Shown piece after piece: positions 25,796-39,702 of a stretch of DNA of 64,000 nt (its first letter is position 1; every line of letters starts with the position of its first letter). The translations under genes were made by a program, and so were the position numbers. Below the pieces are notes generated by a model. It was not told the origin of the DNA. It saw nothing but the letters and a program-made list of their open reading frames with translations, and made no database searches. This stretch comes from Antedon mediterranea (lineage: Eukaryota > Animalia > Echinodermata): positions 13,080,352 through 13,144,351 of the forward strand of contig NC_092678.1 in NCBI RefSeq assembly GCF_964355755.1, written 5' to 3'.

Positions 25796-28700
25796 CTATT
25801 AAAGACATGGTTGAATAAAAGAATGCTTGTCGGCAACCTTTAGTGTTTTGATTTAGAGTGATCAGTCTACCAGTTTGGCTAAGTTTAAAGAATTTATTGA
25901 GAGGATGATCGGGATCATTGATTACACTTTTTAGGATATAATTTATTATGATGGCATACATCAACTAATTCTGATGCATTTGCGTGTATTATTATCTCTG
26001 CTTTTATCTTCTTCAACACGAAGATCATCTGTAATGCTGGATTATTTGTTTGCAATTCCTTTCTTAGTATATTCATTACATTTGAGATGACCCACACTTT
26101 TTTAATTTATTCTTGAAGCCATTGAGTTGTTGATATGAAATCATGTACACATTTGACGTACAGAAAGTTGTGACCTCATCAAATGGCCACGAGTCAATTT
26201 AATTTTTTTTTTTTAACTTTCGTCATATATTATCATATTCAACAGAACGCATCTTGTTTATTTGTGCCGGATTTTCTCTCAAATATTGATATGTGCTTGT
26301 GCAATTTTCACCATTTTCATTACGCCTAAACACCTGAATAAATGTAGGTCGTGTAATTTCACCTTTGCCGTATATTTGAATATCTCACAGCTCTTCAGAA
26401 TTGTAGGTCACCTTGGTGATTCTAATCTATTATGAAAGCTGATGAAATGTAGATATTGATATGAATTCATATAAAAATTAAGCCTATCGGATGTTGTGAC
26501 GTTAACATTATGACCAGTTGAAGTTAAAAAGTAGTTTTTCATATTTTTTAATAATATAATATTTTTTTTTTAATTCAAAGAGCGCACAGCGCGTTTACGT
26601 GCAAAATTTACTTCCAAATCTTAAATTTATTTGCTCAATTCATTATCTTCCGAAATTGTCATCTTCAAGTTTTTTTTATAACGTCATCATACCAAAGAAC
26701 ATGATGTGGGTCCCGTAATTTCACCTATGTTACACTGTATATAGATATAACCGTATAGATTCTATATGACACATACTATTTGTTATTATTTTTTACCACT
26801 TTTCATATTTATTAAAGGATTTCATTTGATTATAAAGGTTACCATATTATTAAAACTAAAAAAATAAACATATCCCTCGAATAAGCACCTCCCTCAAATG
26901 AACTCCGCGTCTCCACCCCCGCCCTATAAGGGCCTACCAAACAATAAACACTATACTTTAAAATGTTATTAATCATCTAAGACACTGTGGAACAGAGTAG
27001 GTTTAGTTTTACGAATGTCAAGTATTTTCAATAACACCCTCTAGTCAATAAAAAAGAATGTAAGGAAGTATATTACAGCAGTTCTTGTTAGTCGCTTATT
27101 TCAGGTCATATTAATATTAGCTGGGCCCGACGCGTCCGACCACGATGTCACTAGGGGTTGATTGATATGCCCCTAGAACAATCGCTCGCTAAATGACGGT
27201 AGGCGTCGTATACAAGTTATTATAATTGTTTCGGAGTCTCAAAACAAACAAAGGCCCCAACTATAATAAACTGAATTGACTGGTCGACAAACACATAAAT
27301 TAAACGCATCACTGCAATAATTGTTTGGTGTCGCCGAAGCTTCCATTTATTTGTTGTATTGGCTACACCCAGCACGAAGCTCAATTGTCGACTACCCCAC
27401 ACAACAACCTGTGCAATATTTATATATAGCTAATTTGCATAAAGGTATAGCAAAGAACAATACAGTATGCTCTATTGCACACTGATGTATTCACCTTCTG
27501 AACAATTGTTATGATGAATATTCAACTAAAATGTATCAAATACAACATTTTTGTAATAGATAAACAAGTAATAATAATACGTTGTAATAGAATATATTTA
27601 TTTATGTGAATACTTTACGCAGACAATATAAACATCGCGTATATCTTTCACTATAAATACATTCCTAAACACCATGAATGTGTTTACAAAATGGCGGTTT
27701 CGCTAGTTTTCGATAGAACAAAATAGAGATACCTTAGTTTTAATAGTCGGAGCTGCATCCAACTTACCGAATGTTGTATCTTATTATCTTCTTTTTTTCT
27801 AACAGGGATTTTAAATTCAGGACTCTAATTTTTACGTTTTTCTAGGGTACAATTTCGGAAAAAAGACATTGGTTGATTTTTTCCATTTAATTACAGATTA
27901 TCAGTTTGTTCAAAGATATTCAATACATGACAATAATATATTAAAATTATGTATAAATATATTTCACTATTAATATTTATCCGATAATCAGAAAAATTCA
28001 CAAATATTGTGTTTTTCACTCTCAAAATTAGCAATTTTGAACTAAATTAGAAAAGTAGGGTGCCCTCTCTGATTCGAAATTTGAAACGATTTGTCGATTG
28101 ACTTTCCCACTCACTGTAAATATATAATAATAGGCCGTAATCAGCAATAATCCGATTTCTCATCGCGGAGAATTCCAGAAATCGCTCGATCGAGGAGTAG
28201 GCCTCGCCGACTAGAGGCCAAGCGTGCGTGCTGGAACGAGTGGATTAAATGTGTCTCGACCACCGTGGAATCATGTATTTAGTTAAATCTTGGATATCCC
28301 CAATATTGATAATCACGTATTCCGGTTATCACGTGATCGATTCACAGAGGTCCCAACTTGGGAAAGTCCATTCGCAGGAGATTTTGTCGTGAACCACATT
28401 CAATTCGTCGGGGCGTCGAAAGTCAACGCGTGGGGAATCGAAAATCAACACGCGTGTCGTTTACGTCTCCTAATTAACTAAATATGTTACATATACAGTA
28501 TATACAATATTTACACATAAGTTGGTTTAATTTTTACATAGGTTTATCCATCATTATTTTTACATTCTTATTTTTTTTATGGACACATCCTCAGTGTACA
28601 AAGAATTAAAAAAATATATACTGTATTTTAACTAAAATTCTGTATATAAAATAATTTAACTTAATTACATAATGTACAATATTTACACATGATAGTATTA

Positions 28701-28863
28701 ATTGCCCAATAGAATTTACTCGTTTTTTTAGGCACAGGCCTAGGCCTAGCATAGGGCTTCTACTAGGCCCTAGCTAGCTACCATTTTAAAACCCACAAAC
28801 AATCGAAATAAACTATTCCGAATCCGTCTTATGCTACATTACGCGAGTTAACATACATATACA

Positions 28864-29178
28864 AGTGAGTGAGTGGCCGAGCGGTTAAGACAGTGGAACC
28901 GTAATCACGTAGCCATAACATCGGCAGGGGTTCGAGGCTCACTCACTCCATGGTTCTGGTGGTAGAACGAGTCTTCTCGGATAAGGACTATAAACCGTAG
29001 GTCCAGTGTACACAACTTGCTCGTGTGCACTTTAAAGAACCTAGTACATCTTTCGAGACGAGTAGGGGGTTACCCCGGTGTATTAGTACATCACAGCCAC
29101 TGATCACCAACTGGGCCCTCTGGGAGATCAGTCTTTGACTGAAGAGGTCACCCAGTATAAAGATAAAACAAACAAAAT
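28864..29178 (+). mobile_element. tRNA-derived SINE with Deu/Nin-type central domain
   Basis: A box TGGCCGAGCGG and B box GGTTCGAGGC within a tRNA-like head (gtgagtgag...ctcactcac). Core GGATAAGGACTATAAACCGTAGGTCC...TAAAGAACC...TCGAGACGAGTAGGGGGTTACCCCGGTG resembles the DeuSINE domain. A-rich tail. Confidence 0.8.
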
Positions 29179-31395
29179 TTCAGATGAAAAACATTGAGTT
29201 TTATATTGTTTTATCCATACGTAATTACACTGGCATTAAAGATATAACATTAAAATGTAGGCCGTTTATGAGCTATTTCGCCGATTTCTTATCGCTGGGA
29301 AATTCCCCACCATCGACATCGATCGATCGAGGAGTAGGCCTAGGCTAGAATAGAATAGAGGCCTAGCGTGCATGCCGGAACGGGTGGATTATTGCAATAT
29401 AAATAACAAGTTTGAACAAAAGAGCTTACGACAACCTTGGGTAAATTTTTATTAAACGTAGGCCTACTTGCTTGGCGAATCCATATGCCTTTTAAATCAT
29501 TTTAACATGTTCGTATTATCGGATCGTACAGTAAAACCAAATAAAACACCGCCTCAACAACCTCGTGCGATGTGCGATCTGTTGTTCTTTGCAGCGGATC
29601 AACATTGGTAGAGTCCATTAATTATGAGGGTGTTTAAAAATGTAATAACTATTAAAAACGTGTCTCAACCACTGTGTAATCAAAGCGTTTATTTAGTTAA
29701 AACTTGAATCCTCCCAAAATTGATAATCGCTTCAGGATTGAATCATTCAGGATTGGTTGCGTGCTTCTTTTTGACACACAAAAAAATATTCCAACCTTCA
29801 TTTTCGTCAGTCTATGGTCGGTCAGGCGTGGCCAACAAAATAGTTTTTGACCTCATGCGAAACCTCTTTTTTTTAAATAACGACCGACTTCACAAACACA
29901 ATAGTCTTATAGCCTACACTTTATTTGGTAATCAAACGCCTAAGGTTATACAGAAGAAAGCCTAAACTATGTATGGGTTTAGTACACGTGGTCATAATGT
30001 TGGGGTGTCGTGGAATTATATTGGCGTTGTTTTAGCTTCTACCGATTAGTTTTACCCTCCGGTTATGCTAGTATAAATGACATTTTTTACGTAATGCAGC
30101 AGCTTATTGTTGAGTTTTTTAAATTTTGTTCAGGCATGTTATTGGTATGTATTTTTTTTGTTGGCTTTGGCTTATTTCTGTTTTATTTAAATGTATTAAT
30201 AACGTCCAATCAATGTATAATTTTACAGTTTTCGGCAACCACTACTTATTTAATTTATTCAGACGGAAATTATTCAACTTATTTTACCTTGTGTTTTGGC
30301 TTTTAATAGAGCGTCTATATGTCAATTTTCCTTGTTTGATTTTGTAATTTTCACAAATTATAGGTAATTGTTGTGATAAAAATAATTTTCCTGACATTTA
30401 ATACAACATAATCCGTTCAAACGCAACATACACGTACGTAAAAGTATGAGAGTAAAACGTTGTAAGCCATAACATAATTATAGTGCTGAAGTGTGCCTAT
30501 TTTGTGTTATATATAGAAAATGTTGTCTCTTAGAAAGTATTTTCTAACGCGATCAGACAATGTTCTCGTTATATTTACACACGCTGGCGGTTTGCGTAAT
30601 TCTTTTTTCCAGGACGAACGTGGGCATAAATCATGAATAATTCATGAATAATTATGACATAATAGGAAACATTATAGAGGGCGCTATATAAGCATGCAGA
30701 GAATAAATAATTAGTGTAAACAGCGTTTGCCAACCGAAACATGGGAAAGTGAACAATCATATAAACAACATTCACATACTTGTTTCCCAAAAGCCCTAAT
30801 TGTTTTCTTTTTAAGTATTAAGGCAAACTCTATTAATAAGAAATAAAAAACAAAATAAATTATTAAAGTCTTCATCTGAAAAAACTTTCTGTAATACTTT
30901 TCATAAATCCTATTAACACTTAATTTCTTCTTGTTATGTTTTATTTGTACAGGTATGGTTCTTGTCCTGTATCTAACAGCATGACACGTGCTCTTATTGA
31001 GCAATATTGTATTGTACTTGAAATGTACTTGTAGTTGGAACAGCTGAATATCAAATACTAGTATTCACTAATATAATATTATAGTATTGCTGCATGCATA
31101 TGTATTATTGTTGTATCAAAAACTAGTATTGTAATTAGAATTAAACGTTTACATTTGGTTAATGATATCCTCTTCAGAGAAAACAAATAAACTAAACCAG
31201 CAAAAAAACAGCTTAAAGAAGACTCGGTATAGTAATTAAAATGTTGAGGTGAGTTGTAAAATAAGAAGAGCATAACACTTAACAATTTGTTTAAACATTT
31301 TCTAAAGAGGCTACAAAAACAATAACTGTAATCATTGTTTGTTTTTTTTTTTTATTAATTTAATTCATTTTATATCTTGTATTTGACCGTTACAG

Positions 31396-31483
31396 ATTAC
31401 AAGACGCTTTTAAGAGTAATGACTTGCAAACAATTATAGAAATATGTCAGAAAGAGCCAGATCTTTTGAAAGACAACGATGAG
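31396..31483 (+). CDS. Ankyrin-repeat gene, exon (capping repeat)
   Basis: ttacag acceptor and gtaaaa donor. Translates LQDAFKSNDLQTIIEICQKEPDLLKDNDE, ending in phase 0 and joining YGHTPLH to give the 'D..G.TPLH' ankyrin signature. Confidence 0.65.
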
Positions 31484-32070
31484 GTAAAACAAAAGATAGA
31501 CTTTCCATATTATTACTAATAAGAAAGTATAGTCATTCAATTAGTTTCAAGAAGACCATACGTAAATTGTAAACGGTAATCATTATACCTATATTCAAAT
31601 ATAATTACTGTATAATATCCTGGATCAATAACACATGCTTCATTGACGAATGCTGCAAATTAAATAAACTTAGTGATAATATTAATCAGTACTATACTGT
31701 TAATGTTTGTCTTAAATTATGAGATCGTTGTGTCTGTGAGGGTTGGCCGATTAGTTAGACGGTCAGAATGACAGTTTAAAGTCAAGAGCCATTTTGTGTA
31801 AGTGAACAACTTCAAAAGCATAAATTGAGTTCATCTAAATCCAATCTAGTAAGACTTTTTCGAAATAAGTATACAGATAATTCATAATGGTGACGCACTT
31901 TTCTTTGACAATCGACAACAACAGTTGTTTGTGTGAGTATAAATGTAACTGATTTTAGTCATCATAACTGTTTAATTTACAACATTTGTCAATGTGACAT
32001 TAATAAAAACATGTTTGCATTACAGCTGTAATATATATTTATAAACTGCATGCTTATGATTTCTTTCTAG

Positions 32071-32175
32071 TATGGACACACTCCGCTACATAACTATTTA
32101 CGATGTGCCAACCCTACAACAGAAATAGTGGTTTATCTCATACAGAACGGCTCATCAGTAGCGTCACAAAATGTG
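32071..32175 (+). CDS. Ankyrin-repeat gene, single-repeat exon
   Basis: ttctttctag acceptor, gtaatg donor, 105 bp, phase 0/0. Translates YGHTPLHNYLRCANPTTEIVVYLIQNGSSVASQNV. Confidence 0.85.
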
Positions 32176-32892
32176 GTAATGTACACAAAATAATAATGGT
32201 CTTTATGTAGCTATTATAAAAACAGTAGGCCTATCTGTTCCAGCAAAACATGTCTATTTCATTTATAATTTGTCATTTATAATTAATTTTAATTATTTTG
32301 AATTATTTATTGCGAATTTTAGAAGCAGTTATTATATGGAACAATAAGTAAGGCATGCAATAACCGACATGTGTTTTTAGAAACAATATTACATTGCATA
32401 AAGTCAATTATGATATAATCATAATCGATTGTCATTCACATATTATTGTATTACAATTATAGTAGTCCTTCAATGTATCCGTCTTGTTTGTTTAAGTTGG
32501 TTTAAATAATATAATAATTAACTCTTGAAATAATTTTATTTGGGTCATATTTTATATCAAGGCGTATCTTTTATTTTTTATTCTATCAAGTACGATAGAT
32601 AAGTACGAAATAAAAAAAATACTTACTACGACGTTTTGCAAGCGTACCGGTTTTCAAGTAGACTGATTGTTAGTTGCGTTGGCGTTGGTCAGTACGGCCT
32701 GCTATATGTAACAAGCCAGATGTGTTGTATATAAAGTACGAATGAATGTAGCTGATTTTTATTGTTTTGTACACTCGGAATATTTTGTCATAAAAATGTA
32801 AATTTTACAATCATTATCAATGTGGCATAAACGAAAAATATGATTGCATTGCAGCTGGAATTATAAACTATATGATTATGATTTCTTTCTAG

Positions 32893-33000
32893 TATGGATA
32901 CACTACACTACATGAGTATTTACTATGTGCCAACCCTACAAAAACAGAAATAGTGACTTGTCTCATACGAAATGGGGGATCGGTAACATCACGAAATAAG
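32893..33000 (+). CDS. Ankyrin-repeat gene, duplicated single-repeat exon
   Basis: ttctttctag acceptor, gtaaca donor, 108 bp, phase 0/0. Translates YGYTTLHEYLLCANPTKTEIVTCLIRNGGSVTSRNK. Flanking intron sequence is also similar to that around the previous exon. Confidence 0.8.
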
Positions 33001-34989
33001 GTAACATACGATAATAGGTATAGGCTATTATGCCGGTATTAAAAAACACTATCGGTTCCAGCAAACATCTCTATTATATTGATGACGCCTCATTCATATT
33101 TAGTATTACTTATTTATAATTATTTATTGCGAATTTTAAAAGCAGTTATTGAATGAATGAAAAAATAAATGAAGACATGTCATGAACAACATGTGTTTGT
33201 AGAAACAATTATGACATCATAATAACCGATTGCTGACCCTTCTTTCACACGTTATGTTAACAGCCAGTAACCCTTCAGGAGGTCAAACTTACTGTCAAAC
33301 TTAGCACTAGCCACATGATCATTACAGTTCTCTATCCTCGGTATGAGATATGAATCTGTAGTAGATATTAACCTTCCGATAATCAGTGCAAAAACGATAA
33401 GATTTATCTTGCGTTGGAAGTTATACGAATACACATGGAAAATTCCAAGCACTGCAACTAGGCTCTATGATATAATTTCTAATCATACCGTCACTCGTCA
33501 CACGAACCGGCGAATCGTCATTTTGGCGCGAAATTGTTGTAGGTATATTTCGAAAGTATTTATACTAAAGAACAATTGATGCAAATATCAACTGCCCATC
33601 TTATTTCATTAATTAATTATTTTTATCATAATTTGGCGATAATATGATATTATAATTATTCGTCACACGATCGATTCGTCACTTCGTGGGAAGAAAACGC
33701 GCATCGCGCAAACTGTTTTTACGCGCCTCAATAAACGACGAATATGCGATTCGTCACTAAAACTGATTTATGTGGTTATTAATAAATTATTTAGTAAGCT
33801 AATTATATAAATACATTTCAGGCAATTTAATGCCACGGTTCGATGTTTGTTCTTTCGTACGTTCTCGCACCCGATTCTATAGCTGTTAGTACACTCATTG
33901 TGGAAGACTGTCGACAGTCTGCCAGAGACCTGTCTGAATGTATTAAGTAGGCCTACTTTTAATACACGATATCGCTGTCATTAGGTTCCTATCTAGAGAC
34001 AATTTGTAACGTTATAATATGTATTCAATATAAAATCCACTCGGCAACCAGAATAGTAGCAGGTTTATCGTATTGCCATGCACGAATGGATAGGCGTTTT
34101 CCTCCGCTTTTTGGCCTTCTAGTCTGTCAGTTATTGTTATTGATTATACGAATTACGTAATTAGTTTAGTAGCTCAACTACATTTTTAGCATGGCGAACT
34201 CAATATCGTAGCTAGGCTAGGCCTACTACTATTCAAGTTAAGTACGAGTTGGCATGGTACGATTCGACCAGGGTACAACCACTAGCCTTACTAGAAGAAC
34301 ATAGGCTACAGGTCTGCGGGAATGGGAAATCTGGCCTAGCTAGGCATAGGCCTACATTGGGTACGCCCAAAAAAAGCCATCACATGAGCATATAAAGGCC
34401 GGCCTCGTAGAGCCAGCGGTGTTAGCCTACTACGCATCATTACTAGCTAGGCCTAGCCTATAGTTCATTTTAAATTAAGTAGACCCAGGGCTCCATTAAT
34501 TTTGGTCGCGTTTTCGGCCTACTTTTCAGGAAATGTGAGGGGTGAGGTGGGTTAGCCCAGCTAGGCTAACCTTACCTGTAAGTAGTATTCTAGCCCATCC
34601 ATGATGGGTACGGGTTGGCATTGGTACGGGTTGACCTGAACAATATCCGTAATCTTCTAGATAGGGTGCTGGTAAACCCGCCGTACCCATACCATCCCAA
34701 CTTAGCTAACTCGTACCCAAATAATTGGTAAACTCGTACCCTGGGCTAACCCGTACCTAAACCAACCCGTATGTAATATAAATTTACTTTTAAATATTTA
34801 GTTATGACATTTAAATATTTTAGGATTGTGCTGTTTATGATGAAAGTATTTGTAGTGTTTGGAATCCCTTGTAAAAGCCTGATTGTTGTTGGTAAATAAT
34901 AGTTGTCAAGTGTTGTCAATAAGGATTAATGGATATGTAGTATTAAAGATGTTTAAACATATTTGGGAACTGGAATGTCAAAATTGGCT

Positions 34990-35690
34990 CAACTATGAAC
35001 TGAATGTACCCTTTAAATAATATCAGCTATAAAGTGAACCTAACCGTCTTAATGATCTAAACTATGAACTGAACCCTCTATATAATCTCAACTATCAACT
35101 GAACCTAACACTGTAATAGTTTTCTGGTTTGTTCCTTAATAATCTCACCTATGAACTGAACGTACCGTTTAAATAATCTCAGCTATGAAGTGAACCTAAC
35201 CGTCTTAATGATCTAAACTATGAACTGAACCCTCTATATAATCTCAACTATCAACTGAACCTAACACTGTAAATAATAGCAACTATGAACTGAACCTCAC
35301 CCTCTAAAAAATCTGAAACATCAACTGAACCTCACCCTCTAAATAATCTCAACTATGAACTGAACCCAACCCTCTAAATATTCTCAACTATGAACTGAAC
35401 CTAAACCTCTAAATAATCTCAACTACCAACTGAACCTAACCCTCCAAATAATCTAAACTATGAACTGAACCTAACCCTTTAAATAATCACCACTATGAAC
35501 TGAACCTTACCATTTAGAAAACCTCCACTGGGTCAACTAAACCTAACTATGAACTGAACCTAACCCTCTAAATAATCTCAACTATGAAATGAACCTAATC
35601 ATTTAATAAACCTCCACTGTGTCAACTAAACCTTCTTTAAGTATCCTAACCTTCAAAATAATCTGAACTTAGAACTGACCCTTTAAATAA
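34990..35690. repeat. 35-bp minisatellite
   Basis: aactatgaactgaacctaaccctctaaataatctc at 35281, 35316, 35351, 35386, 35421 and onward. Confidence 0.9.
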
Positions 35691-35691
35691 T

Positions 35692-38172
35692 CATGTAAAA
35701 TGCCTGACGTGTATACCCTTAAAAAAAACCATTAATCCTGACATAAACCGCCAAGATCTAACCACCCTCATGTGAACCGCCTGACATGTATACCCATAAA
35801 AAAACATCACTCCAGATGTAAACCATCAAGATGTGACCACCTCATGTAAAATGCCTGACGTGTATAACCTAAAACAAAACATCACTCCAGATGTTAACCG
35901 CCAAGATCTAACCACCATCGTGTAAAACGCCTGACGTGTATAACCTAAAAAAAACAACACTTCAGATGCAAACCACCAAGATCTGACCACCCTAACTGGT
36001 CATGTAAAACGCCTGACGTGTATAACCTAAAAAAAACATCACTCCATATGTAAACCGCCAAGATGTAAAACGCCTGATGTGTATAACCTTAAAAAAACAT
36101 CACTCCAGATGTAAACCGCCAAGATCTAACCACCGTTATGTGAAACGCCTGACGTGTATACCCATAAAAAAAACATCACTCCAGATGTAAACCTCCAAGG
36201 TCTGACCACCCTCATGTAAAACCCCTGACATGTATACCCTAAAAAACATCACTCCAGATGTAAACCGCCAAGATCTGACCGCCGACATGTGAAACGCCAA
36301 CGTGTATTACCTAAAAAAAAACCAATCCAGATGTAAACCGCCAAGAACACCCTCGTGTAAAACGCCTGACGTGTATAACCTAAAAAAAAAAGTCACTCCA
36401 GTGTAAACCGCCAAGATGTAAAACGCTCCTGACATAAACCGCCAAGATCTAACCACCCTCATGTGAAATGCCTGACCCGTATACCCATAAAAAAAAATAT
36501 CACTTCAGATGTAAACCGCCAAGATCTAACCACACTCATATAAAATGCCTGACATGTATACCTTTAAAAAAAACATCACTCCAGATGTAAACTGCCGAAA
36601 TGGATCCATGCCTCATGTAAAACGCCTCACGTGCATACCCTTAAAAAAACATTACTCCTGACCTAAACCGGCAAGATCTAACCACCATCATGTGAAACGC
36701 TTGACGTGCATAACCTACAAAAACGTCACTCCAGATGTAAACCGCCAAGATCTAACCACCCTCATGTGAAACGCCTGACGTGTATACCCTTAAAAAAACA
36801 TCACTCCAGATGTAAACCGCCAAGATCTAACCACCCTCATGTAAAACGCCTGACGTGTATAACCTAAAAACAAACATCACTCCAGATGTAAACCGCCAAG
36901 ATCTAACGACCCTCATGTAAAACGCCTGACGTGTATAACCTAAAAAAAATATCACTCCAGATGTAAACCAACAAGATCTAACCACCCTCATGTAAAACGC
37001 CTGACGTGTATAACCTAAAAAAAACATCACTCCAGATATAAACCGCCAAGATCTAACCACCCTCATGTTAAACGCCTGACGTGTATACCCATAGAAAAAA
37101 CATCACTCCTGATGTAAACCGCCAAGTTCTGAACACCCTCATGTGAAACGCCTGACGTGTATACCCATAGAAAAAACATCACTCCTGATGTAAACCGCCA
37201 AGATCTAACCACACTCATGTGAAACGCCTGACGTGTATACCCATAGAAAAAACATCACTCCAGATATAAACTGCCAAGATCTAACCACACTCATGTGAAA
37301 CGCCTGACGTGTATACCCTTAAAAAACATCACTACAGATGTAAACCGCCAAGATCTAACCACACTCATGTGAAACGCCTGACGTGTATACCCATAGAAAA
37401 AACATCACTCCTGATGTAAACCGCCAAGATCTAACCACACTCATGTGAAACGCCTGACGTGTATACCCTTAAAAAACATCACTCCAGATGTAAACCGCCA
37501 AGATCTAACCACACTCATGTGAAACGCCTGACGTGTATACCCATAGAAAAAACATCACTCCAGATATAAACTGCCAAGATCTAACCACCCTTATGTAAAA
37601 CGCCTGACGTGTATAACCTAAAAAAAACATCACTCCAAATGTAAACCGCCAAGATCTGACCACCCTCATGTAAAACGCCTGACGTGTATACCCTTATAAA
37701 AAACCCATTAATCCTGACATAAACCGCCAAGATCTAACCACCTTCATGTGAAACGCCTGACCTGTATACCCATAAAAAAAATATCACTCCAGATGTAAAC
37801 CGCCAAGATCTGACCACCCTCATGTAAAACGCCTGACGTGTATAACCTAAAAAAAACCCATCACTCCAGATGTAAACCGCCAAGATCTAACCACCCTCAT
37901 GTGAAACGCATGACGTGTATACCCTTAAAAAAACATCACTCCAGATGTACTTAAACCGCCAAGATCTAACCACCCTCATTTGAAATGCCTGACGTGTATA
38001 CCCATAAAAAAAACATCACTCCAGATGCAAACCTCCAAGATTTGACCACCGTCATGTAAAACGCCTGATGTTTACACCCTTAAAAAAAAACATCACTCCA
38101 GATGTAAACCGCCAAGATCTAACCACCCTCATGTAAAATGCCTGACGTGTATAACCTTAAAAAAACATCACT
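35692..38172. repeat. 75-76-bp tandem repeat (~33 copies)
   Basis: catgtaaaacgcctgacgtgtataacctaaaaaaaacatcactccagatgtaaaccgccaagatctaaccaccct; starts at 36763, 36838, 36914. Confidence 0.95.
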
Positions 38173-38194
38173 AAAATGCCTCTTTATTAAAAAA

Positions 38195-38390
38195 AAATTG
38201 TGTACAAAAGAATTTAGAGATTTTACTGTGTAATTTGAACTATCCCCCACTGATAAGAAAGTGGTTATTTTCAACAAGCTTGTGTAACACAAAGAAAATC
38301 CCAAAAATTATGAAACATAGGGGAAACTATAGATCGATGATTATTGGAATGTATGATCAATATAAATTTCTTGCCCGCACCTGGCCTTTA
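38195..38390 (-). mobile_element. Terminal fragment of the Kolobok-like MITE family seen at 2444-3037
   Basis: Reverse-complement similarity to 2440-2635, ending ...cccgcacctggcct|ttaa. Confidence 0.7.
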
Positions 38391-38724
38391 AGTATACACA
38401 GTTTAAGTGTAGCATTGTGTAATTGTTATATTATTTGGCTTTAACTATGACTACATTCAGACATGGTATGGTGTAGTTGAAATATAGCAACTATAGCAGC
38501 TATAGCTGAGGTTTCAGGCAAGTGACCAATGTGTCACAGTAGGATAGTGATATAACAGCTATCCCAAGGCTATGTGCAGCCTGTTTTGTATAGATGGTGT
38601 GAAGCAATTGCACAGGTATTTGTTTGCTGTTTATAATACCAAAGCTATCCTAAGGCTATTTTCAGCCTGGCTATATCAATTATAGCAACTGCAAGTTATT
38701 TCCATGCTATTTATGCTTTATAAA

Positions 38725-39702
38725 GTATAGCACTTACACAGCTATTGAATTGCTATTAATTGCTATTATTGCTGTATCATATATAGCAATTATACAGCTA
38801 TTTGTTTGCTATTATTTGCTATTATTGCTGTATCAGGTATAGCAATTATATAGCTATTTGTTTGCTATTATTTGCTATATTATTGCTGGATCAGTATAGC
38901 AATTACACAGCTATTTGTTTGCTATTAATTGGTATTATTGCTGTATCAGGTATAACAACTATAGCAGCTATAGCTGAGGTTTCAGGCAAGTGACCAATGT
39001 GTCACAGTAGGATAGTGATAGAACAGCCATAGCAATTACACAGCTATTTGTTTGCTATTATTTGCTATTATTGCTGTATCAGGTATAGCAATTATACAGC
39101 TATTTGTTTGCTATTATTTGCTATTTTTTGCAATTACACAGCTATTTGTTTGCTATTATTTGCTATTATTGCTGTATCAGGTATAGCAATTACACAGCTA
39201 TTTGTTTGCTATTATTGCTGTATCAGGTATAGCAATTATACAGCTATTTGTTTGCTATTAGTTGCTATTTTTGCAATATACACAGCTATTTGTTTTTTAT
39301 TAATTGCTATTATTGCTGTATCAGGTATAGCAATTATACAGCTATTTGTTTACTATTATTTGCTATTATTGCTGTATCAGGCATAGCAATTACACAGCTA
39401 TTTGTTTGCTAATTATTTGCTATTATTGCTGTATAGGGTATAGCAATTACACAGCTATTTGTTTGCTATTATTTCCTATTATTGCTGTATCAGGTATAGC
39501 AATTACACAGCTATTTGTTTGCTATTATTTGCTATTATTGCTGTATAAGGTATAGCAATTACACAGCTATTTATTTGCTATTATTTGCTATTATTGCTGT
39601 AAAAGTTATAGCAATTACACAGCTATTTGTTTGCTATTAATTGCTATTATTGCTGTATCAGGTATAGCATTTACACAGCTATTTGTTTGCTATTTATTGC
39701 TA
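38725..39702. repeat. 56-bp tandem repeat
   Basis: tatagcaattacacagctatttgtttgctattatttgctattattgctgtatcagg; period 39495->39551. Confidence 0.9.

Noticed and set aside
28864-28950. tRNA gene
   Set aside because: The tRNA-like head runs directly into a SINE core and A-rich tail, and the anticodon arm is not well formed.
34990-35690. Interstitial telomere
   Set aside because: CCTAACCCT occurs once per 35-bp unit, not as tandem (TTAGGG)n.
36827-39555. Repetitive ORFs in the track (36827, 38802, 39048, 39346)
   Set aside because: Translations of the 75- and 56-bp tandem repeats, with no splice or domain support.
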